Source: Octopus vulgaris
Taxonomy: Eukaryota
Direction of reading: 5' to 3'
Assembly (NCBI GenBank): GCA_951406725.2
Contig: OX597830.1
Coordinates: 2,418,001-2,482,000, forward strand
Length of the DNA: 64,000 bases
The notes under the pieces were generated by a model. That model saw nothing but the letters and a program-made list of their open reading frames with translations, had not been told where the DNA came from and did no database searches. Positions 53,935 to 64,000 of the stretch are shown one piece after another. A program made the position numbers and the translations under genes. How positions within the stretch are numbered: position 1 is the stretch's first letter; every line of letters begins with the position of its first letter.

Positions 53935-54520
53935 TCTCAGACGCAACATGATACATCTCAGAAGTTTCGTTGCACCATGTGCAAACAGTGCAGCTCCTTT
54001 TACATTGGAGAAACAGCCTGATTGCATTTGGAAATGCAGTCAGAGCATACTACTATGAAAATTTGACCAAATTCTTTGCACCTACTACAGGCCAGTGTGC
54101 AGCAATTCTGCATTCTCAAGGAAATGGAGGTCACAGTGTTTCATTTTTGGATTCTGTACCATGTCACCAACAGGTTTAAATGAATGTTTCTATGTCTGTC
54201 CTCCTATTCCTACCCCTCCTTTTAATTCCTTAACCCCTTTTTTTATGATTCAACTTCTCTCCCCATCTTTTCCTTTCACCTCACTTTTCGCTTCCCCTAC
54301 ATCTCTTCATTCTAATACTCTTTCCTTCTTGCTCCTTAAACTGTTTTCCTCATGAAGTTTGCTCGGTTCTACATTCCATATCAGTTGCAGCCAACTTTTT
54401 TTTACTTTGAGGGTGTGAAACTCTGCAGCCATCACTCGTTAATTTCTCTCCTTTCAACTTTTCCCTTGAAGAAGGACTGTGGGTCTGAATTGTTGAATTT
54501 TCCACTCTTCACCACAATTT
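53935..54520 (+). mobile_element. Decayed Penelope-like GIY-YIG 3' end with pLTR and hammerhead remnant
   Basis: C..C...YIGET at about 54001, 'SPTGLNE' at about 54165, a pyrimidine-rich UTR, then 'ttgaagaaggac tgtgg gtctgaa' at about 54465. Confidence 0.65.
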
Positions 54521-54847
54521 TTACTTTCTAAGTCTTTCCAATAAAGATCAACATCAGCCTCATTGGAGTCTGTTTGATCGAATAAAAAGATATGGAATTC
54601 TATTGTTGAGAAAATGAGATTGTTGTGTTAGTGATAAATAAGAATCAGAGACAAAGAAACCTGACATTTGTGAATTAATGACTTTAGTTTAGAGGAGCAG
54701 ATTAAAGCTGATACAGCTTTATGACACAGTGCCATAATGGCAACCCCCCACCAACCCCAACTATTTCTGTATCTAACTCCAAAAATAAGACCCCCACCAT
54801 CGCCAACTTCCCACCTCAACTATTTCTTTGTGTAACTTATAACATAC

Positions 54848-54976
54848 TAAATGCTGATGGTGACATCACAGACTTAGATTTCTCCTTTGCTTGCAGAGTC
54901 TGTTCTTCAGGCGAGACAGCTGCAGTTACATTAAATATGGGAAAGCAGAAGAAACCAGAGAAACTAGTAAAGTCCT
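54848..54976 (-). CDS. Candidate isolated 129-bp coding exon (phase 1-1), unidentified
   Basis: Acceptor 'cattttactgacag', donor 'gtatgt', open frame xDFTSFSGFFCFPIFNVTAAVSPEEQTLQAKEKSKSVMSPSAF; no recognisable domain. Confidence 0.2.
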
Positions 54977-55193
54977 CTGTCAGTAAAATGTCATACAAAT
55001 GGTTTAAATATGAAATATATTCCACTTTTTGAACTATTTATATTGAATATAACCTAATAGTTTATTTAAATGTCACATATTTGAAAGTAAATTGTATTTA
55101 GTAAAATAAATATTTATATTCAAAGAAATAAGAAAGAATGTGGATGTCTCGGGTCAGTTGTCCTGTTTGTGCCAGGCAATATTGGTGGAACAT

Positions 55194-55783
55194 AAAGGCA
55201 GCAAGCTGACAGAAACATCAGCACACCGGCCGAAATGCTTAGCAGTATTTCGGCTGCTGTTATGTTCTGAGTTCAAATTCCGCTGAGGTCGACTTTGCCT
55301 TTCAACCTTTCAAGGTCGATAAATTGAGTACCAGTTACACACTGGAGTTGATGTAATCGACTTAATCCGTTTGTCTGTTCTTATCTATCCCCTCTGTGTT
55401 TAGCCCCTTGTGGGTAGTAAAGAAATAGGTATTTTGTCTGCCGCTACATTCTGAGTTCAAATTCCTCCGAGGTCAACTTTGCCTTTCATCCTTTCAGGGT
55501 CGATTAAATAAGAACCAGTTACACACTGGGGTCGATATAATCGACTTAATCCGTTTGTCTGTCCGTGTTTGTCCTCTCTGTGTTTAGTAGTAACGAAGTA
55601 GTACCCATCTGTGGGTAGTAACGAAATAGGTATTTTGTCTGTCTTTACGTTCTGAGTTCAAATTTGCCTTTCATCCTTTTGGGGGTCAATAAATTAAGTA
55701 CCAGTTGCATACTGGGGTCGATCTAATCGACTGGCTCCCTCTCCAAAAGTAAAATTTCGGGCCTTGTGCCTAGAGGAGAGAAG
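55194..55783 (+). mobile_element. Tandem trimer of SINE family A within one 16-bp TSD pair
   Basis: TSD aatattggtggaacat at 55178-55193 and 55784-55799; three B-box/core units. Confidence 0.9.
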
Positions 55784-56331
55784 AATATTGGTGGAACATT
55801 CTCGTGAAAACTTCTTCCAAGTGCAAACATAAATGGCAAAAAACAAAAATCATGTACTCTTAGGTATTCTTAGATAGATACAAATATACATATGATGAGT
55901 GGGAGAGAAAAACAGAGAGAGAGAGAGAGAGAGATGAATAGATAGATAATTGGAGAAACACAGTGAGAGAAGTAAGGAGAAAAATCAGATCACAAAATAA
56001 ATTTTAGGCTGTAAAGCATAGATGTTGGTGAGGAAAGAGTATTGGCCTTTGAAGTAGCATCGAAAGAAAAGAAATGGGCAGAGATCTGTAGGGGTTAAAG
56101 GAATGCGTTTTTGATTATCAGAAAGATGATATCTGTTTTTTCTGATGTGTATTGATATGCATGGGAATTTAGCTGATATGTTATTGGTATAAGAACAATG
56201 ATCATTACATCAGTATCAGAAATATTTAGGCAGAGCTTGTTCAGTCAGCAACCACTGTACACTGATGTAGTTCCTTACTTAATATAGAAACTCTAGACAT
56301 ACATACATACATACATACATACATACATACA

Positions 56332-56405
<74 letters not shown>

Positions 56406-57585
56406 TGGATAGACAGATAGATAGATAGATAGAAACCTTTTAATATGGAAGCCTGATAATATGGGAAACTCTTGACTGTATTGTAGCTGTTGCTGTTGTA
56501 GTTGTTGTTATAAATATTTTTTCCATGTTCCTGTGTTTGGTGAATGAATTATGCAAATTTATATTTTAACATATTGCTGTAGGAAATATTAGAAGAGTTT
56601 GGCCATATTTCTCTTCAACATTAATAGATTGAAACAAAAACTTGGAACTAAAAATATGTCTGAAACAGAAATGAATTGTCATGCTTGACAGTAATGTTAA
56701 GATTTTTATCATGTCTTTTTTTTTTCTTTTTCCTTTAATAATAACATTCTTTTACTTGCATCAGCCATCTGGCTGTAGCCATGTTGACGCTCGACCATAT
56801 TGGATTGTTTTTTAAACAATTGTGTATATTATATAATATTAGGTTATTTAAAGTAGTTCCAAAATATGATAAAACATATCTGGTCTATTTGTAAACTTCC
56901 ATAGATGACTATCTACAAAAGACAGACATTTCGAAAACCAAAACTTTGCACTAATGATCTTACTAACTTTTCCTTCATTAAACTGATCTTTCAGACATGG
57001 CAAGTTGCTATTCCATAAAATTTGATGGTTGTATGAGAGTTCAATATGAATACTTTAAAACGAGATGTTTTCTGTTGTGGACAAGTGGCTGGATGGTATT
57101 TTAAGAATAGAGGAGGGCAATGGATCATTTCTATTTGATTCCCTCTGTCTCTGATTCCCTCCTAAATTGACCTACCCCATCACTCATAGCCCATTGGTCA
57201 CACTTGCCTTCACAATAATCTGACATTACTCTCCATCATCCCCTTGTTTCCACCCCCATCCATGTTTCCTCGCTTTCCCTGTCCCCAACTATTCCTTTCA
57301 TAACAATAAATCTAATTATTCCATCGTAATTTAACTTCTACTCTTTCAGTTACCACAACATACAAGGCTACCCAACTAATGCTGCTGTCACACACACACA
57401 CACACACATGTATCCTTTAAGTTCGTTTATGGGAGATGCATGTAACATCTCCTATTTCATTATGTTGGCTACACCCTAATGCTATCAACTAGCAATAACA
57501 ATTTTGGAAACATGTGTAGCAATACATTAAAATATTTATAAATTCCTTCCATAGATTATCATTATTACTGTGTACACACACACAC

Positions 57586-57619
<34 letters not shown>

Positions 57620-58499
57620 GCAGAAATAATGTATTCTCAAATGCTTGATAATGCTAATACAATAGCAAAACAGGATAAACTATCCATGTATTGCAGCAAA
57701 AATCATTACCAGCAAGCCATGAGACAGGAACTCACATCTCTGCAATTACACATCAAGTGCTTTACCTTTAAGCTAAACTGCCCAGTAATGAATTGTTCTG
57801 CATTTTTAGGATTTATAAATCTAGCTTTATAAGACGCTTATGTTAAATTCAACTTATATATATATGCATGTTTGTATGTATGCACGTATGTATATATGTG
57901 TGTATATGTTCAGCATGATACAGAATGTGACAAGGTTGAAATGTCGTGTGTAATTTCACTGAAAAGTACATTGAGATTATGAGTGCCCTTCCATTGGCCA
58001 TATCAACAGGAACACTCATCATCACAACCAATGGAGAGCTGAGAAAAAATATAGGATCACAGGTTTCTCCACAAATTCCGTCAAAGAAATTCAAGTTGCA
58101 TGATACTGGCAGAGCTGAGATTGGATTTGTAGACACTTGTCCAAGGTTCCCATTCTAAGATCAAACCCAGAACACCGTGATTGTAAAGCAAACTTTCAAC
58201 CATACATCTGTGCCTGCTGCTATATCATCATCATCATCATCATTGTTCGACCGTGGTCGAGACTTTCATAGTCTTTTCAAATGGCTAATAATGTGTGTGT
58301 GCGCTACTACACACATTGGAAAGCATTGTACAACCAAGTACTAAAGAAGATCTTTCCTCCTCCATGAAACAAAGCTGTTCCCGCTGGACGTCAACCCAGT
58401 ATTTCTAAGCTACTATATTTCTAAGCTGCTATATACATATATGCAGGTACATATAAATGCATACATACAAAATATATATATATATATATATATATATGC

Positions 58500-58812
58500 A
58501 TATAGGTTACGATGACGAGGGGCCCAGCTTATACAAACAACCAAACAACTTCCTCGTGAAATTAACGTGCAAGTGTCTGAGCATTCCGCAGACAAATAAA
58601 CCCTTAACATAGTTCTCGGGGAGATTCAGCATGACACAGAGTGTAATAAGGCTGGCCATTTGGAATACAGGTACTACTCATTTTGTTTGCCAGCTGAGTG
58701 GTCGGGAGCAGCAACATGAAAAAATGCTTCTTGTTCAAGGCCACAATGAGTCGCTGAGAATTTAACTTACGATCATGAACCAAATGCCCTAACGACTAAG
58801 TCATGTGTCTTC
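58500..58812 (-). mobile_element. SINE family C
   Basis: 'ctcgtgaaattaacgtgcaagtg...gtagttctcggggagattcagc'. Confidence 0.85.
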
Positions 58813-58849
58813 ACATACACACACACACACACACATATATGTATGTATG

Positions 58850-58894
<45 letters not shown>

Positions 58895-58930
58895 ATAGTT
58901 GCAGACACACACACATATATATATATACAC

Positions 58931-59005
<75 letters not shown>

Positions 59006-59300
59006 GTATATATATATGTATATATATATATGTATATATATATGTATATATATATGTATATATGTATCTCTAATTCAATTTAGAGATACTAAATCAAATT
59101 TCACAAAATATAATATATATATATATATATATATTTATAAATTAGAAAAAAAACACCTTTTATCTATTCAATAATGAAAAAATTAAATTATGCCATTTAG
59201 AAAAATTACATCTTATAGAAAGATTAAATATAAGATAACACATATACCAATGATTAAGTAATGAGCAAAATAATAAATAAAACGTATATATTTGGCAGAA

Positions 59301-59383
59301 TAACTACACGTGTTTCGTGACTATATTTCAGAAATGATAATAGTAAAATCACTTCAATATAAATATAGTCACTCTTTAGGTTA
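59301..59383 (-). ncRNA. Hammerhead-like motif with a variant CUAAAGA core
   Basis: Minus strand: UAAC-CUAAAGA-GUGACUAUAUUU...AAAUAUAGUCAC-GAAA-CACGUG-UA-GUUA; perfect 12-bp stem II and 4-bp stem I. Confidence 0.65.
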
Positions 59384-60174
59384 AAGATAAAAATAATAAA
59401 ATGATTAATTAGATGAATTAATAAATATAAGTATATAATCTTGTAAAATGCGAAATATCTTAAATATATTCTTGTGTAAATATAAAAAATAGAATAAAAA
59501 GTTATAAATGTCTATAAATCTATAAAAATAACATTTTAACATATATAAGAAAAAATAATAAACTCTAATATATCATTATTATTAGGAAATAAAATACAAT
59601 TAATCAAAATATTTAAAAAATATATATATATAAAACACAAAATATACATTAAGTGAAAACTAAATACTATAATTTAATCTATATACATTAAATCAAATTA
59701 TTAATTAATTTATTTATTTAATAAAAATCTAAATAAAATCTTATACTCATTAAGTAATTTATATTAAAAACATTTAATGTTAAGTAATATACATAATGCT
59801 AGAACAATCTATAAATATTATAATTAAGAATAGGAAATGGTTCAAATATATACACACCTATTATATAAACTAACTATATTATTAACATATATGTAGTATC
59901 TATAGATTTAATATTTTACTCAATTATATAGTTGGTGAAAATATCAATTAATATTAAACTTATTTACTTAAATAAATATGTAATAAATAGACCACCTAAC
60001 TATTAAATAATATATAGTCTTACAAAACTATTTCTCAAATCAAATTATATGTAATACATTAAATCACATTATAAAATAATAATAAACATAATGAATAAAT
60101 AGATATACTTATAACTAATAATTATCAAGAAATTATATATAAATTAATATTTTAACAACAATTAATAATAATCT

Positions 60175-60386
60175 TTTCTACTCTAGGCACAAGGCCCGAA
60201 AGTTTTTTGGGAGGGAGGCAGTCGATTAGATTGACCCCAGAACACAACTGGTACTTAATTTATCGACCCCGAAAGGATGAAAAGCAAAGTTGACCTCGGC
60301 GGAATTTGAACTCACAACGTAACGGCAGACGAAATACGGCTACGCATTTTGCCCGGCATGCTAACGTTTCTACCAGCTTGCCGCCA
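60175..60386 (-). mobile_element. SINE family A, young copy
   Basis: Many CpGs retained; full head, core and tail. Confidence 0.92.
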
Positions 60387-60459
60387 ATAATAAAACATAG
60401 TACAATTCAAAAGTTAAATAATATAATATTCATCGAAAAGCTAAGTAACTTTTTTATTT

Positions 60460-61476
60460 AGCAATATTAATGGTTGGAAACAATAGAGGATGTTCCAGAT
60501 GGGGTGGCAGTGGTTTGTCAGCTGGAGGGTACAGAACTAAGGAGGTACCAAATGGGGGTTGACAGAACATTGTTTTTGGCAAAGGACAGTCAACTCCAAT
60601 GTGACCAGGGAGATTATTTGGAGGATAGTGGGGATCTGCAACCGGTCCATGTCGATCGATCCTGCTCCGAACACACATGAACCAGGAAAGATTCAGGGAG
60701 AGGAAGAATAGAAGAGTTTAGCCATTTCTATGACACACTATTGGGGTAAGGTGTACCTTTCAATGGTCGACTGGGCTGGGGCAAATGGCGACATGGAGTG
60801 AAATCAGAGTGGAGACTGCTACAGGTCACTGAGGTGCTGAATGTAGTGTTTTTGGAAAGGGGGCCTGTAGACAAGCTATTGATGGATAACAGGGCAGTTT
60901 TTTGCTTGGAGCAGCTCAGAGAGATACTTGGAAGATGGAGCACATGACACTTCTTCAGAGCTGCATAGAGGCCAGGTGGAAACAGGTTTGTGGAATGGCA
61001 CTACTGGACGATTAAAGCCATTGCTGAGAGGGGATAAATCTCCCCTATGAAGGCAGTCTTCTGGTATAATGTCAACCAGGGTAGGGCAAGCCAAAGAGTT
61101 GGTCCCACACAAGGACATATTCCAGTACAAATGGAAACACCCGAGCATGGTGGTGCCGCAGCAAGAGGTGAAAGGGATTATATCTGTGCAGTTTGGAGAT
61201 GAAGTATGGGTGAAGCCCCCAATGCTCGGTGCACAACACAGTGGGGAAAAAGAAAAGTGAGTGGGATCAATACTTTGAATAATATATCAGTGGATGGAAT
61301 GGTACATCACGTCTTGGATATTTGAAGGGTGATTTGCTCTTCCACTGATGAAGGGGATGGGGAAGGCAGCCCCGAGACCTTATGGAGTTCTCTAAGGGAA
61401 CGTCACCCCACCAGGTGGATGGACGATGATGAGATGGAACAGGGGAGCAGTGATCTTTAGATTGACATGGGGGCCA
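60460..61476 (+). mobile_element. Decayed Gypsy-type LTR retrotransposon integrase region
   Basis: H..C..C zinc-binding remnant, THYWGKVYLSMVD, VFLERGPVDKLLMDN, FRAA*RPGGN.FVE..H.TIK, AVFWYN; stops and frameshifts. Confidence 0.8.
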
Positions 61477-61619
61477 TGTGGTGGAAGGAAAACTGAAAGC
61501 GATGAGAGATTATGCTAATTTGGTGAGTGAGAAGAAAAGTTTTTCCCTGTGTTTTGTTTTTCTTTGGGATACTAACTGTGACAGACAGAAGTCATGGAGA
61601 TAGAGAGATCGTGACAACA
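61477..61619 (+). mobile_element. Putative short 3' LTR (TG...CA)
   Basis: Starts TGTG just after a G-rich PPT-like tract and ends ACAACA. Confidence 0.5.
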
Positions 61620-62849
61620 TGGGTGAAGAAATGATCTATCTGCCAGTGGTACCTGATTGCAAGTCGAAGTAAGGACAATTTTATTTATATGCCTTCAAAC
61701 CACAATCGAAACCATTTTCTTCCTAAAAAGGACACATGGGAGAAAAAGACTGGATGGTCACTGCTGGATTGTCTTCAATTACAGAACTGTTTGGTGAGAC
61801 CGACCTAGAGTTAAACAACAGCAATAACAACCAGCTGATAAGAGTGAGTGAAAGAGCCTCTCATGCTCACTTGCCCTGCTAGAAATAGTTGTTAAATCTC
61901 CTCAAATCACTTGTTATATATCTTCACAACAGCGCGAGACAATCAGTACATTGTCATGAATATAGAAAAAGAAGTGAGAGTCACTAGTGGAACCACTTTG
62001 ATCATATGTCTGTTGAATGAGAACTAAGCCAAGACTAAACAGCTATAGTAACTGGTCAATAACAGGAATTGTCCCTTTGACCAGTTGCCTGTGAGATTTC
62101 AATGAAATCATCAGTAACAGCAGTGATGACAATAACAACAACAGCAACAATAACAAATGAGATGATGAGAGAGACTCTTCTACATTAACACTTGTAGTAA
62201 TGATAAAATTATTCAGAATCACCATTCACACAAAAATCAATAGATAAGTTAGTGTTAACCTAATAAACAGTAGAATATGAGGAAACTAGTGATGGTCTGT
62301 GTTGGCAATTAGCGAGGACAACAAGTTCGTTAAGAAGAATAAATTATTTTACCAAAAGAAAGAGGTGGTGACTTGTGTCGACTTATTTAATGTATGGGTT
62401 ATTGAAAAGTTAAGTTGAGATAAGGATGTGGTGAAGATAGTTTGTATTAGTCAAATAAGTGTATAAGCTTTGATATTTCTTACTAAAGCAATGAGCAGAG
62501 TGAAAAAGTTATGCATTGCTAATGAGGACAGAATCAGACTGGAAATTGTTTGAAGTTGCTTCCCATAATTGCCAGAAAATTAAAAATAATCTAAGTGATT
62601 AATGAATATTTTGCTCAAGGGTGATCTATTGAAGGTTGTGCATAAAATATATTCAATTAATTGAAATTCACCATTTAGTAGAAGAAAGAAAACAAACACT
62701 TACTGGTGATTATTTGCAAATTTCAAAGAAAAGGTGAAATTATTGCTAGGATTAATTTCTGAAAGTTAATTAATATGGTTAGGTGAAGGAAAGTCTATTG
62801 TTTCTTCCTCATTTGTAGTTAGAATTTTAATGTTCTGTACATTCTATAA

Positions 62850-63168
62850 ACTGGCACTCAGTCAGTTACGATGGTGAGGGCTCCAGATGATCCGATCAAT
62901 GGAAATTAATGTGCAATTGGCTGAGCACTCCATAGACACGCGTCCCCTTAATGTAGTTGTTAGGGAGATTTAGCACAACACAGAATGGGAAAAGTCTGGC
63001 CTTTTAAATTAAAGGGACAACTCATTTTTTGCCAGTTGAGCTGGCTGGAGCAATGCAAAATAAAGGGTCTTGCTCAAGAACACAATGTGCTATGTGCTAC
63101 CAGGAATTGAACCCACGACCTTACAATCATGAGCCAAAACTCCAACCCATTAAGCCACTTGCCTTCAC
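62850..63168 (-). mobile_element. SINE family C
   Basis: Homologous to 42525 and 58500. Confidence 0.85.
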
Positions 63169-63182
63169 TACACATTAAATAT

Positions 63183-64000
63183 CAGGCTGAGTAAAAAGTA
63201 AGCTATGTTTTGAAACATGAAATTCATTACAATATATTTTAACAATGTGGAAATTTTATTCATCAAAGTATGAACAAATCAACACATTTTTGGCAACAAG
63301 TTACAAGTTTGTTTCTTCCAGTAACATAAAAATCTGGAGTTCCTGAGCTGATGAACTCTTTGAACATACTTCCAGCATCGGTTTGATTTTTGAACCCCTT
63401 CTCTCGCAGGAAACAATCAAGGTGCTTGGAAAAGCAGTAGTCGGTAGGAGAAGGGTCTGGAGAATAAGCTGGGTGGGGAAGAACTTCATAGACAAGTTTC
63501 CTCAACTTCTGGAGCGTCATTTGTGAAATGTGTGGTCGAGTATTGTCATGAAGAATGATTGGCCCTATTCTGTTGACCAGTCTGGGACGGAGGAGTAGCA
63601 GTTTTTCCTTCATTTCAGCAATTTCATGGCAATATGTTTCTGCAGTAATGGTTTTTCTGGGTTTTAGGAAGTTATAGTAGATGAGTCCAGCAGTACACCA
63701 ACAAACAGTCACCAAAACCTTCTTTTTGAAGAGCTTGATTTAGGGAAGGTTTTTGGTGCTTCATTTTAGTCCAATCCCAGTGATGAACGTTTTATATTAT
63801 TATATAGAATCCACTTTCCATCGTAAGTTACAAAACAGCCAAGAAATGGATTGGTCTGGTTATGGAGAAGAAGTGATGAGCAAATTTCATATCTACGCAT
63901 TTTCTGATTTTCATTCAAATTGTGTGGTAGCCATCTGTGAAGCTTTTTTCATTTTCCAATCGCAAGTAAATGGTTGCAGGCAGTCTTCTGGCTAATTTTT
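63183..64000 (-). mobile_element. Mariner transposase pseudogene (3' part, runs off the window)
   Basis: MVTVCW..AGLIYYNFL..KTITAETYC, ILHDNTRPH, VLPHPAYSPDPSPTDY. Confidence 0.92.

Noticed and set aside
59400-60170. Very AT-rich tract resembling a mitochondrial control-region insertion
   Set aside because: No mitochondrial tRNA or gene remnants; adjacency to a hammerhead and (TA)n fits a Penelope-like LTR better.

Overview
AT-rich, microsatellite-dense eukaryotic non-coding DNA. The repeat families suggest an octopod cephalopod such as Octopus; this is an inference from SINE motifs, not a database result. No confidently identifiable host gene is present, and most of the ORF track is microsatellite or SINE noise. 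The window is a transposon landscape: about 30 SINE copies in four families, a 5'-truncated RTE LINE, several R4/Dong-type RLE retrotransposon 3' ends in (TAA)n or (TACA)n, Penelope-like GIY-YIG fragments (one Naiad-like), mariner derivatives, MITEs and a decayed Gypsy integrase with a short LTR. Most interesting: (i) hammerhead-ribozyme motifs in short inserts within (TA)n arrays, one with an intact core and two sharing the same non-canonical CUAAAGA core; (ii) a TA-flanked 1.1-kb orphan with a hierarchical CCAAT+CRE array and a TATA box; (iii) a SINE trimer within a single TSD pair with recurrent junctions; (iv) large fold-back palindromes bounded by TA repeats. Everything was read by eye, so coordinates of decayed elements are approximate.
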